Part shown: one piece after another, positions 26,315 through 38,662 of the stretch
Position numbering within the stretch: the stretch's first letter is position 1
Layout: the number at the start of each line of letters is the position of its first letter
NCBI RefSeq assembly: GCF_000315625.1
Contig: NW_005434630.1
Coordinates: 310,001-374,000, forward strand
Reading direction: 5' to 3'
Length of the DNA stretch: 64,000 nucleotides
DNA from: Guillardia theta CCMP2712
Taxonomy: Eukaryota > Protista > Cryptophyta
Program-made: the position numbers and the translations under genes
The notes under the pieces: generated by a model
Seen by the model: only the letters and a program-made list of their open reading frames with translations
Told to the model about the DNA's origin: nothing
Databases searched by the model: none

Positions 26315-27913
26315 TCACTCCCATTCTGACTTTGGCATGAGAGAATCAAAGATTCCACCTCCACCCCCTTTGGGCTTCTTGGCTTGAGCAGATTTGGCGA
26401 CATCTGCTTGCGAGGGAGACTTGAAACCTTTTGGTTTCTCGACCTTCTCTGCAACCTTGCTCTTGCCTCCTTCAACCTTGTTGATCTTAGTCAGAGTGGC
26501 AACAGAAGAATTTTGTTTCATCAGCTGCCATGCGCTTGAGGCGCTCACGACCTTCTTGCTCGTTCCGCTGCTTCCAGTCTTTACTTTGTCTTGCGGTTTT
26601 TCTTTGAGCTTTCCCTGCACTGACGATTTTTCTGCAGATTTTCCTTTAGCTGGAGAATCACGATTACATTTCCCCTCCGTCGGCGCCTCGTCCGTGTCAC
26701 GAACAGGCATCAAAGAATCCAACATATTCTTCTTCTCAGCAGGCTGATTCTTCTTTTGCGATTCAAGCGGCTCTCGCTTCTTTTGTTCCCCACCAAAATC
26801 TTTCGCCTTTGCTTTCTTCCCGACACTCTCAGGTGTGATTTTGGGCTGTTCCATCTCTCTCTTCCTCTTTTTCTTCATATCCGACGCAACATCCTTCGAA
26901 GTCGCTACCTTATCTGGCTTCGGCTTGCTTTCTTTCCCTTTCGCTGTGGTATGTTCTACAGCTGCGCTGAATTCAATAGCGACTCCCTCGTCGTTGTCCG
27001 ACATCTCTTCCACCGATCCTTCTCTACCCTTGCTCTCACCAGCCGCCAGAATATCTTTCTCGTTCGCCTCGGACAGAACTTTGACATCCCGAACCTGACA
27101 AGCAAGGCGTCAACTTTGCCAAGTTACAAGTTGAGTACCTGGCGTTCATTCAGGAGCTCCAGCAGCTGGTTGAGCTGGTCCTCATACTTGGTGGGCCACC
27201 TCGATCCACCAAGAGCCTCCATAATCTCATTCACAGTCTTCCCACTGAACTTCGGGTGTTTGCGGACGCGACTTGTCAATACACTTAGACGAAGATGAGC
27301 CTCGACAAGGTTCGAGCTGTCAGATGGGGTCATGCTACGATCAAGTCGTGAGAAGGAATCACCTGATATCCTTTGCCAGGTAGCGGATGCGAGCAGAGAT
27401 GGCGTAGCATGCGATGGCGAAAGGCATGAAGAGAGCATTCTTGATGAGCTCCTCGCAGGACAAGAATGACATCTCTGCGCGCGCCACCAACCGTAGACTC
27501 AAGACGCCGTTCGACACGCTTCTAGCCATCATGTACTCGATCAGCTCCGTTGACGGGGACTTGCAAGGAGCATCCAGCGACACCACGTCGATCGCTTGAT
27601 TGAGCAACTGCCGGAGACCCCCTGAAATGAGCCGTTCACAAGCCTTCCTCATCTGACTTAGGTTGCGAAGGTGCAGGCTGTTCCTCATCTGACTCTTGTG
27701 CCTGTAGATGATTCGCCTCAGCAACTCCAACTCATCCTCCATCCTCCTGAATGATTCTTCGAAGAGCGATACACAGCCCTCTAGCACAGACTTCACACAG
27801 GAAGCACTTGCTTGATCAGCAGCCACCGGCTCGGCTAGATTTCCTGAGATCTCCTCAGCCTTCCCATTGAAAAAATTATGCCAATCATCAATCAGCCCCA
27901 AGTGATCGGCCAT
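26315..27913 (-). CDS. DUF4477 / NEPRO / Rmp1-like nucleolar protein (RNase MRP-associated family) with a Lys-rich tail
   Basis: ELELLRRIIYRHKSQMRNSLHLRNLSQMRK and FMPFAIACYAISARIRYL match the family pattern; K/E-rich C-terminus. Confidence 0.7.
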
Positions 27914-28088
27914 AACGCTGCGATTTTCACTTGGATTGAGTTTTGTCTCTCTAAAACTCTTTCGTCACTTTCACAAACGCCACCCCCTCCGCCTCCGCTT
28001 CTATCTTTTGTTTGTTTTTCTATTTAAGAATTTGCTGCCCAGATTTCACTTCACGGGAAGCCACTGCCGTACAGGCCGTCCGAGCCTC

Positions 28089-28704
28089 TCAAGCCTTCTC
28101 AGCTGGCGCAGCTTCAGCGGCGCCTCCACCTACCGCTTCTGCTATCTCGGCCTCTGTAGCCTCAGGCTCAACGATGTGCCTGCGACGGTACAGCCAGTGA
28201 TAGAACTGCTGGTCGGTGATCTTGAGGCAGATGGAACGATCGTTTGTCAAGACCGTCCTTACTTCCTCGTGCTGGAGAAGGTCCAGAAACCTCAAACAGT
28301 GAGGGTACACCAGAAACCTGAGCCCTTCAAGTCAATGCTCATCGAATACAAGGAGAGGGAAGGGGGGGGGGGGTGGGGGGGCACCCATGCTGCATCGCTC
28401 GCAAGACATCCCAGGGGAAGGAGGGGGTGCGGGGAATGTGAAAGGAGAGTTGAAGCAGTCAGATCGAAACAGGAGAGACTTCCTCAAGGCTAACGAGGAG
28501 GAGGGCAGAAAGTTCTTACTTGGAGTACTGCGGCTGTTTCCAGTACTGCAGGTAGTCGAGGTATCGGATGAACTTCGGGTCTCTCAGGTACCCCTGGTTG
28601 GCAAGCCAATCGAGATAGTGAGGGCTGGCCAGACACTGGACGAACTCAAGCTCAACGAGGAAGCGGACGCGCTCGGGGGACTCTTCACCGTTGGCAACCT
28701 CCAT
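28089..28704 (-). CDS. MED31: Mediator subunit 31 (Soh1), two exons
   Basis: RFLVELEFVQCLASPHYLDWLANQGYLRDPKFIRYLDYLQYWKQPQYSKFLVYPHCLRFLDLLQ. Confidence 0.97.
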
Positions 28705-30166
28705 AAAGACACCTGCCAACAACCTGGTCAGTTCCTGCACGTGGTGCCTCGAAACGTCTTTGGATTCCCAAGAGTTTCTTCTTTTCCTGCAACATGTAGC
28801 TTCCCTCACATCTCGTCAGATCCCCTTCTCCTCTTACTAATTCATGATCCATCTACATCCTAATAATCCCATCGCACGCTTTTTCTTGACTTTCTCGTTT
28901 CCTCCGCCCAGTAGCTCGAGAATTCTGTCCTCGTCTTCCTCCCCTGGCCCCAGCTCTCTCATTTCCTCTGCATTTCCTTCTTGCTTCTTCCTCTTCCTTC
29001 CCTCTTGTCCTCTCCTCCCTCCTCCTCCTATCTGCCAACTTCCTTTGCCGCCATTGCCCGCGTGACTACCCCTACAGAACATACCCCCACCCCACTTGTA
29101 TGAAATATACCCCTGTATTTCCCTCTTTGAACCCCGTCTTTCTAGATGTTATTTCTCACGACACAGGCAGGGACCTAACAGAAAGTATAAGCCCCTACCT
29201 ACTTTTTTTCCGTGGATAACACCGGTTCGTTGTAAAGCTTACACCCCTCATACCGTACATGTGAAACTACTTGTGTAACGGCTTGATCTACCGGATGAGG
29301 GGTGGAGGGATTTGAAATTCTTTGGTAACCGGTACTTGACACCAGAAACGAACGGGTGTGTGAAAACCCCAAGGGGTGGGGTGAGAACCCTTGGTACCGG
29401 GTGGTTACATACTCAAAAGGGGGGGTGGGAATCTGCCCAATTTCTCTTGAACGCCAACGGTTTTGCTGTCCTCAGTCAACTACCCCACCCCTCCTACCCA
29501 TAGCCGACCCAATATCTCAAGTACCCCTACTTTCTAGTCACACAACCCCCTCTTTCAAAAAATCTAACCATGACCCCCTACCGAGTGGCGATTACATCAA
29601 TCACTAGTCAAAGTACCCCCACCCTCTATTGTCCACATGAGCAACCCACCCTGCATCAATACTTCACCCCTACCCATCAAATTCCTGTTAACTCACCCCG
29701 TCAGTGAAGAGTTCACATACTACCCTACCCACTTTACCCATTGATCACCCCCAACCATCCCCTATCCCTGACATTGAACCCTACCCCCCTGGTTCCGTTG
29801 TCTTACCCCCAACCGACCATGCAGGCGGCTTGCCTGGCTGCAGCCGTTACCATGCGCTCTGCACTCCCTCGGCCTTCTCCTTCACACTTCCCTCCATCGC
29901 TTCACGCCCATCTGCTTGTACTTGCGTGATCCTTCCCCTCTGTTCAATCGCCTCTGCAGGCTCTTCGTCCTCCTACCTTGATTCAGTGTTGATTTCATAA
30001 TGTTCCGAAAATTTCATGGTGATTCGCGGTCATCGCCTGCCTTTTGATCACGCAACGAACTCTTCCAACGTAAACCTTGCCAAGGCAGCTTACTCTCATG
30101 CTCTTGATCCTGATAGATTCGCTATGACCCAGCCTTGAACTTGATATTCCTTGCTAGACCTCAGAC

Positions 30167-32290
30167 ATGCCACCCCTGGGAACATTCATTCGAGGGACTT
30201 TGCGGCTCCTGTTCCTTTACGGACTCTTCCCCATCTCGCAATCAGGACCTATCTCTGTAGTGGGTGATTACCTCACCAGCAGGAGGAGCCTCTTGCAGAC
30301 TTCTGTCTCATCGTTCCTCAGCCTCTGTCAAACCGACGTCTGTGACGCGAAGCGGGTAGACGGAGTCTGCGATCGATGGGCAAGAGGAGAGGATTGCTCT
30401 GAGGAGCAAATCTACCATGTCACAGGAGATCCTGGGACAAACACTAAGGCAGAGATGTTCTTCAACCTTCGAAGCCCCTGGAACGTCTCCTGCAGTCTGG
30501 TAAATGCTTACACTTGCGCAGCGAGTTTATCCTGAAATATCTTGACCAGGGACGTTGCACTCCTGCTCTAGGGGGAGTCTACGATGTCTTTGTCTCTGAG
30601 GGATGTATCCCAGACCTCAACTACATCTCAGAGATGCAGGACGTGTCGAACTCGGTCTCGAAGCAAGTGAAGATTTACCTTAGGAGGTAGGCTGTGATTG
30701 CTGGTTGCAAGGTTCAACTGATCAATTTGATGCGGCAGGAGTGCAGAATTTTACATCAAAGTGAAGCGGAAGGAAGGAATGCTGGGGCAGAGGAACTGCA
30801 GTTATGGCATCACAGTGGGCTCCATAGAAGCCACAGACAGTTCGGCGAAATGTTTGAACTTCCGAAAAGTAACCGCCACCGAAATCGCATATAGCAACAT
30901 ACCTTACTGCAAGGATGTGATGCCCAAGTACAATGCGTACGTGCAAGCCTCCACCACCTCCCAGACTACCTTCATTGCAACCCTGATCGGAGTCGGAGTT
31001 TTGAGTTTGGCTCTAGTGGTCCTACTAATCGTGTTTCTTCGACGGTTGAGACGAAAGAGAGATGAAAAAGGAACCACCTTCGAAGATGAAAGATTGAAGA
31101 CAGGCGAGGCAGGTGGGCTGCCCTTGTCTCCTTCATATGAAGAGGAAGAAGATACAGCCTTCTCCAAGAACGTGAAGGAAGCCGCGGGTGTCTATCCCCC
31201 GGTACTCCCGGAGGATACAGTGAACCCTGAAGCGACAAGGAGCGATGATGGAAAGATCCGGCAGAAGCCAGAAATCAAGGACTGGAGGAGATATGATGAG
31301 TACGATCTCGACGAGAGCGAGGAAGAAGTCGACGAGTCCGCGCCGGGAGGGAAGGCCGGAGTGCTCGATGTGAAGCCAGGGGCGGAACACCACTTCAAGA
31401 GCGGGACGTCGGGAGGGAAACTTATCTTCCAGGGAACAAGCGGTAGGAGCACTCCAGCCTCCATGTCGTCCAGTGGGTCGGCAGTCGACGACCTCTACAG
31501 GAACAGAAGGACTGCACGTGAAGTGTACAGCCGCGGCCCGACTCCCCCGGAACAGGCTCGGCGAGGGTCTGCAAGGCCCTCCATCAAGTCGAGGGGATCG
31601 AGCAGAAGTTCCTTGGTGGGTGCCGACCAGATCGATCTTGAAGACGTCAGCAGGCCTCCGACCTCCTCCTCCTTGTCCTCAGCTGCGAGCTCGGCGGATT
31701 GGGAAGCTCAGCAGGGGATCCGAATCGACGACATCCTCGAGCAAGCAGCTGCCAAGAAGACGCCAGACGGCAACGGCAGCACGAGGAAGGTCCAGCAGGA
31801 AGAGGCGAAAGAGGCAAAGAACTGGAAGGCAGGAGAACGATGGAGCTTGCACCAGCAGGAGCCCACCAGCTCCGGCCATGCGTCCCCGTCGGAGGAGTCG
31901 AAGCTGAGAGACTCTAACACGAGCTCCAGCGACTCGGTCAAGTCTAGTGAGTCCTCGCTCAAGCCAGCCCCTCCTTCCGAGCCCGCCTTCAAGCGCCATG
32001 GCAGGCCCATAGTCGCCCCCAACCTCGCCGCCAGGCTGGGCGTTATCCGTCCGAAGCCGCAGGGAGGCGTTCGCGCCATGGCGTCTCTGACCCCTCAAGT
32101 TGCGCAGAGTCAAAGCACAGAAGCTGCTCCTGCTGCTCCTGCACGGGGAGAAGTCAGGGCCATTACACTCGGCGCCAATCGCGCGCTTCCTCGAGCCGGT
32201 GAGGCTGGGGTTCCTCCTCCTCCTCCAAGACGTCAAGAGCCAGGATGGGGGGAGGAGAAGGGAGAGAGGAAGCCAAAGCCGCTGAGCTGA
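30167..32290 (+). CDS. Type I membrane protein: signal peptide, Cys-containing ectodomain, one TM helix, long disordered S/P/E-rich cytosolic tail
   Basis: Hydrophobic N-terminus; TM FIATLIGVGVLSLALVVLLIVFL followed by RRLRRKR; 509-aa open last exon. Confidence 0.7.
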
Positions 32291-32381
32291 GAGGAGGAAA
32301 GGGACGCCCGTCCAAGGGAAATGTAAAGCTGTACATGTCGAAGGATATTTTATTCATTTCAATCTAAATGTCTTTAAAACC

Positions 32382-32488
32382 AATGAAATGCTTTCACTTG
32401 CTGTAGAGAATGAAATGCTTTCACTTGCTGTAGAGAATGAAATGCTTCACTTGCTGTAGAGAATGAAATGCTTTCACTTGCTGTAGAG
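32382..32488 (+). repeat. Minisatellite, 4 x 27-bp unit AATGAAATGCTTTCACTTGCTGTAGAG (third copy lacks one T)
   Basis: Head-to-tail copies visible, no spacers. Confidence 0.95.
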
Positions 32489-32599
32489 AGTCATAATTGT
32501 CCTCGAATATCCCTTTCCCCTTGCCTCCCTGCCTCCCCCTCCTCCTTCCCACTTCTCTACTTTCCCTGTCCCTCCTCCTTCCGCACTTCCTACCCTCCT

Positions 32600-34977
32600 G
32601 GTCTTTCTTCCTGGTCTTGCCCCGAGCATTCGCCTCCTTGTTCCTCCCGTCGAATGTGAGAAGCAAGTGAGAGTAGAAATCCAACATGAACAAGATCACA
32701 AGATTTTGGGAGCTGTTCATAGGATCTGCCATTAACATCCCTGCGACCAACATGAATAACATTGCAGAGGTCGGAAGCATGAACTTCAATCAATCTAACA
32801 AGTGCTGCTGACTTTATTAATTCTTCGATTGGAAAAGTACAAGACTGCAACAGCTGAGAAACATGACCGAGAGGGATCTCGGGATAGGCTGCAGTGAAAA
32901 TGTGTAGAAAGCACGGAGGTGGAGGAGAAGAGGCAACTTGATGAGAATGAGAGTAACGGCAAGGGGGAAATTCTAGGAGGAAAGAGGAGTGGGGAACTGG
33001 AGGAGAAGAATGTAGCGGGGTATGGACGGGAGGAGGGAGGCTGGAGAGAGGGAGAAGGGAAAGATAGCAGGGGAAAGAGGGAGATATAAACGGAGAGGAA
33101 CAAGAAGAGAAGATGAGCAAGGAGAGTTGCATCGCAGGTTCGTGCTCGTGACGTCTCAGGTCTTGGTTTCCGCCACATGCCGAGCAAGCAGGTGCAGAAT
33201 CAAATCATCCCTTTCCAGCTTGATCCTCGGCTTGCCTGCAAGAGGAGATATACACTCAGAATGGTTGTATACTGAACTCTCCTCTCCTCTCCTCTCCTCT
33301 CCTCTCCTCTCCTCTCCTCTCCTCTCCTCTCCTCTCCTCTCCTCTCCTCTTCTCTTCTCTCCTCTCCTCTCCCCTCCTCTCCCTGCTCTTCCTGCTCTCC
33401 TCGTACCAGCTCCGAACGTTCGCAAGCAGCTTCCGCGATCGTTGATGAGAACGAAGGAGCCGTCAGGTAGCAGCCACATCCTGTTGTGCTCCTCACTCAT
33501 GTGAGACAAGCACATCATCATCGTCCTCCTTGAAGCGCAGCAGCAGCGCTGTACGTCTGTTCATCGGCATGAGTAGGATACGTGGGGCCCTTACCTCTTT
33601 CTTCCCTTCCTCCCCCTCCCTCCTTCCTCCTCACCTCCCCCTCCCTCCTTCCTCCTCTCCTCTCACTCCCTCCCTCATCCTCTCCTCTCCTTACCTTCTT
33701 CCTCCTTCTGGCCTCCGTACTCACGACGAGGACAGAGCCATTGTAGCCTCCACATGCCGAGCTCCTGGCAGCTGTGGGCAGTAGCAAGTCAGCAGGGCGG
33801 CAAGACTGCAAGGAGCCCCCACCTTTCAAGCTCGTGGAACCGGACGAGGTCTTGCTCTACCCCCAGCTGCTCGAGCAGCTTCTCCCTTGCGATCTTCATG
33901 CTGTTCTCCATGGTGATGAGCGACACCTGGACCTCAGCAAGGAGCTTCGTCTCCTCGGAGAGCTTCACTGCTCCCTCCCCCTGCGCGAGCTCCGGACGCC
34001 CTCCCTCCGCTGCCCCCCAGAAGTCGAGGGACTTCCGGAAGTCGGCGATGTAGTCCGGCAGTGTGACCTGCCTCCTCCCCCTCCTCCTGTTCTCCTCCTC
34101 GAAGTCTTGCTCCTCTCGCTCCCTCAGGTTCTGCGCTATCAACGAGTGCCTGCTTTATCTCTCAGCAGCAACCGTCGTCGCCTCTCCTCTCCTCCACCTC
34201 AGGAGCTCGACCGGCCCCTCGCTGAACATGCCTCTTGCCGCCCCATCCTCTCCCGACAGCATGATCCACTCCATCCTCCCATCTCCCTGCAGAGCCCATG
34301 AGCCGAGGAGCAGAGATCTTCCTCCTGTACCATCTGGACGCGCAGGATCGGAAGCTCCCCTTCCTCTTTAAACTGCCCATGACGAGTCAGCGCGAGGAAG
34401 AGGGGGAGGGAGAGCGCAAGCCTGCATGGCGGCCCCACACGTGTGGACCAGGTTGACCAGTGCCCTCTCCTCCCCGAACTTTGTCTCACGGGAGCACGAA
34501 AACCCCCAATTGCGATAGCTTGCTGCAGATAGGCGCCTGGCGGCCTCCTGTAAGAACGAGATCAGTCCCTTCCGTCTCAGGCTCCTCCAATCCCCACCTT
34601 GAGCATGTCCTGCTCCTCCTTGATCATACTCTCGACCTCCTTCTCCGCCTTCTTCTCCGCAAGGCCCTTCCCAAGCAGCCGAAGCGCCTGCATCGCAAGC
34701 GAAGTGTTCAACGGAAAGTCAACCTAGTCAAGTTCTGACAAGAAAAATTGACCAGAACAAAGTGAAGGCAGGCACAAGGCAAGCGGGCAGCGAGAGAAGG
34801 GAAGCGAAGGGGAGAGGAGAGGAGAGGAGAGGAGAGGAGAGGAGAGGAGGGAGGAGGGAGGAGGGAGGAGGGAGGCGTACAAGACTGGTACTTTATGAAA
34901 GAAGAGTGTAGCAACTGCACGAAAACATCTGAGACTGAGAGAATTGGAAGGGGAACAATCCTGTTGGCCCCAGCCAT
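32600..34977 (-). CDS. Hypothetical multi-exon protein with coiled-coil segments (boundaries uncertain)
   Basis: Exons AMQALRLLGKGLAEKKAEKEVESMIKEEQDMLK, IAQNLREREEQDFEEE..KLSEETKLLAEVQVSLITMENSMK; introns filled with (GAGGA)n. Confidence 0.45.
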
Positions 34978-35020
34978 TTCTGTTGTAGCTAGAAGGTAAA
35001 CCTCCAACGCAGTCTAGCTA

Positions 35021-36367
35021 CAAGGCTTGATCATATGCCGCTAGCTTAATGGCTCCAACACGCGGCACGCAGCTCCTGTCTCGGCAACCAGAAGACCTGC
35101 CTTCTCATTCGTGTAGCATCATTTCATGTATCGCAGCAAGCCGCGTCCTTGCTCGAGCTGCCGGGCTCTCGTCCTACATCATCAGTGCGAGCGGCACCTC
35201 GTCCTTGCCTCCACAGGCAGCCTCAGCTTGCTCAGCTCCTGCACCATATCAGCTCTCCCCCGCTACCGCCAGTCGCAAGGCTCTTCACCTGTGGATTGGT
35301 TGTTTCCGAAGTTGGACGCCGCGAGCGGCTCGACGCTCTCACTCGCTGCGTTCTTGGCCTCTCCCCAATATCGCTTGCTGAGAAGCTCGATGAACATTCT
35401 CTCCGGGCACAAGAAACAAGAGCACAATAAACATAAGAAGCGGTCGGAGCAGGCGAGGATTCCTACAGCCGAGTCGATTTTCTGACATTGACATTCATCG
35501 GTGCCATAGCAGCACAGACACTTTCCATTGTTCTTCCAGCAGATCTGGTCGTCGTCCAAGGGAAACTCCAGCCTGCATTCGCTCTGATATCGTGCGCAGC
35601 AGCACTTTCCCGCAGAGCCTTGCCCGACCTCCCCGCGCTCTTTCCTCAAGAAACAGGTACGATCGTCGATGCAATACGATCCGTCGTCTGCACAGAGTTT
35701 CTCGCAGTAGCATGCGCCTTCACTTGTTGTACAACAGAACTTCCCAAGGTTCTTGCAGCAGAGCCCACCATCTCCCAAGAATGGCCCCAACGCCCAAGTG
35801 TTGTATCTTACACAGCAGCAATACGGGCATTGCCTATCTTGACAGTTCCAGCATGCAACAGAGTTATCCTCTCCCTTCTCCCATGAGTCGTAAGGTACGT
35901 ATGCGCATCCATCGCACAGCAAGTAGCAAAGCCAGTCGGTCTTCCAGTCCGCAGGGTTCTTGAGAACGGAAAAGCTCTGCCAAGGTCTTCACTTCAGTTG
36001 AGGAATGGTAGATCTACAGGTCATGGAGTAGGTCTGATCTATGCTCAAAGAAAGAGTGATGCAGCGTTCGTCGAGCTCTTCCTTGTACTGCCTTGGTGCA
36101 ATCAACACCCAAGCGTTCTCTTGCTTTCTCGGTCTTACTCTCCTCGCTTTCTCGTTGCTAATGTCGCAGCTGTACTGTTCTCTAGGCGTCTACATGCACT
36201 CACTCTCCTCCTGGGCTCTCTCATATCTGGGGATCACGATCTCTCTCGTCGCTTCGCTGCTTCATCCTGCTCTCATCCCCGCGCTCTTTCCTTCCTCTCA
36301 TGCCCTCACCGTGTTCGCCTTGGCCATCCGGATGTTCCGATCCAGCTCGCTCCCACTACCCCCACCC
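35021..36367. repeat. Outer inverted-repeat arm A (pairs with 40420-41757)
   Basis: caaggcttgatcatatgccgctagctt at 35021 is the reverse complement of ...aagctagcggcatatgatcaagccttg ending 41757; near identity throughout, with a few SNPs and one 9-bp indel. Confidence 0.97.
35263..36327 (-). CDS. Cys-rich repeat protein A, copy 1 (~243 aa; exon 1 MAKANT, ~330-nt intron, exon 2)
   Basis: ATGGCCAAGGCGAACACG|gtgagg...ttggcag|AGCTTTTCC splices in phase into the 219-aa ORF; about 34 Cys with CCC/CLCC motifs. Confidence 0.8.
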
Positions 36368-36522
36368 TCCCCACCCAACCTGTCACATGATTCCCAGTAG
36401 TAACTTATCTTGGCCAGCGGCCCTTTGGCCCCCCCCTGACTCCACCCCTGGTCTTTAATGGATATTCGGGGTCGGAGTAGGGGGTGGGGGTAGTCTGGGG
36501 TGAGAGGGTTGAGGTTGCGACA

Positions 36523-37548
36523 ATGGCGGTAAGTGGGAGTATAGATCGGGAGGGATGGGTAGGGGCAGCCGTGAAGACAGGAAAGAAAGAGAAAATGCTT
36601 TGTTTAGGAGCGGGCAGAGTCTGATGATGTGCAATGTATGTTGTGGATGTGCAATGTATGTTGTGATCGTTACCATGCACAGAGAAAGAGCGAGAAAAGC
36701 GTTTCTGTTTCTTTGGAAAGGGGGGCAAAGAGAAGATTGGGAGGGTGAGAGAGAAGTTGGACGTAGTCGAAGAGAGTTTCCTTTGGCATGTTGCATGCCA
36801 TCATCCTGATGACCTGCTATCAAAACAGGAGCAAGACCACAAAGAAATCGCGGATTGGGATGTCTGGTGGCTGTGTCATACGTTCTTAGCAGGGATCGCG
36901 GTTTCCCCATATGACTCTTGGGAGCAATCGCACGAGCTGCAGGAGGCCAAGCAGTACGCCACGTCGATCGAGAAGTGTCTTTGCCTCAAGCGTGCAGGAT
37001 ACTGCGAGCTAGGACATGCTATGAAAAAGGATGGACTGTTCTGCAATGCGAGATCCAAATGCTGTTGTCGCCATGGACAGAATCAGTGTTTCCTTGAAGA
37101 CGCGTTTGACACAGACGGCGTGTGTTGGTTGGACGGGCGGAGGGCCTTCTTGCGTATGAAAGAAAAGGAGGCAGGGTGCAACTCCACGTGTAAGTGCTGC
37201 TGCTTGAGGTACAAGTTCGAGGACCGTCTCGAGAAGCCTTGTGAAGAGGGGAAAGTTTTCTGCTTGAACTCGTGCAGGTTCTTTCCTTTGATCTGTGAAG
37301 ACAAGACTGAGCTTGAGGGGATGTCCGGGGAGCATGGCTTCGTATCGTGCATCGAGCGAATATTTTTCCTGGGAGGATCTTGCAGTCTTGTTCCGAAGAA
37401 GTTTTTTGTCGAGTGCTGCGGATCTCGCGTGATGGGATCGCCGAAAGAGGCTCAAGCGCTCCCTCAGCATGAGGCGCATGCTACCGTTGCCTTCAGCGGG
37501 GCGTCATTCGGACATGCTGGCAATCGCGCCATGGAAGGTGAGATCTGA
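36523..37548 (+). CDS. Cys-rich repeat protein B, copy 1 (~241 aa; 6-nt exon 1 MA, intron 36529-36828)
   Basis: ATGGCG|gtaagt...aaaacag|GAGCAAGAC splices in phase to MAEQDHKEIADWDVWWLC...; the same micro-exon and donor are present in copy 2. Confidence 0.8.
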
Positions 37549-37731
37549 CTCGGCCCGGATGTTCCACGACTAACTGACAGTGACGTCGGCTGGCTGACCG
37601 GACTGAGTCTCGCTGTGACAGGAGGAAGAGCCTGTGGGCAAGACCTGGAGGAGGACGAGGATACACCGGCACGAACAACGCATGGGCGAGAGGCGATCCT
37701 AGAGGCGATCCCAACAGCCTTGACGATGTAA
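36772..37731. repeat. Inner inverted-repeat arm B (pairs with 38802-39767)
   Basis: gagagtttcctttggcatg...cttgacgatgtaa is matched in reverse complement by 38802-39767. Confidence 0.97.
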
Positions 37732-37736
37732 ATGTT

Positions 37737-37799
37737 CTCGGACTCGGACTCGGACTCGGACTCGGCCCGGACTCGGACTCGGCCTGGACTCGGACTCGG
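37737..37799 (+). repeat. (CTCGGA)n hexamer tandem repeat at the left edge of the palindrome core
   Basis: ctcggactcggactcgga... about 10 imperfect copies. Confidence 0.85.
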
Positions 37800-37936
37800 T
37801 ATCGTCCGACGGTCCTGCCGGGCCCGGCCGCGCGGCAGCCGCCGCGGCCTTCAGTGATGTCCCTGTGACCACAATGCAAGTTGACCTCAGAAGTTCTACT
37901 AGCGCAAGGGAAGGGGCAGGTCCATTTTAGGCTACA

Positions 37937-38662
37937 ATGACTTTGTTGGTATCCTACGTGAGGTGGGGCACCAATTTCCTACGAGGGGAACACCCGACAT
38001 GGCTGCAGCAAGTGCGATGTAGACAGGGCGACATGAGGGAAGCTGAGGCCGAAGGAGCAAGCAAGTCTGTTCGACTGGGACGTCCCAGACTTACTATCTC
38101 ATCCTCCTCGCACGAACTGATACCATTCAGGGTCCCATGGTCTGTCTTTCCCCACGCTGCGACGCCCAAATCACATCGCAGCGGCACAAGGGTGCAAGAA
38201 TGCACGAGGTCAGCCGGCAACATCGCTGCCATGGAGACATGCTCCCAGCATGGACTTGTATGTCATCACTGGGACGTCCCAGGGGGGCTGCTGGAGGAGG
38301 CTCAATTGATTGAGTGCAGTGAAGAGATTTACACACATTTGCTCGGGTATGCCAGGCTTAGCGCTCTCGCTGATCTTATGTCAACACTGCAGCAGGACAT
38401 CGACGTCTGGATTCGATCGTCGCGGCTGGTGGAGTAACCTCCCATGTTACCCAGCACCTCCTCTGCGAGGACAGCTCGAAGTCAATCTGGGGGTTCCTGT
38501 CTGCAGGCTGAATGGTGTTCAAATTGGGTACCCACAGTTGAAGGGCTTGTCAGGAAAAATGCCAGAGAGCTTTCCGAGAAGCCTACGGATCTGGAGTTCT
38601 TCATTGCCGTGACTAACTACCACAGGATCGTAGGGTATTATCTGCTCTTAGGATATGGATGA
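37937..38662 (+). other. Possible gene or gene remnant in the unique core of the palindrome
   Basis: 166-aa and 72-aa plus-strand ORFs with plausible GT-AG sites; no family recognised and I could not build a consistent spliced model. Confidence 0.3.

Noticed and set aside
32382-32488. 27-bp repeats as a CRISPR array
   Set aside because: Copies are head-to-tail with no unique spacers, there are no cas genes and the context is eukaryotic; it is a minisatellite
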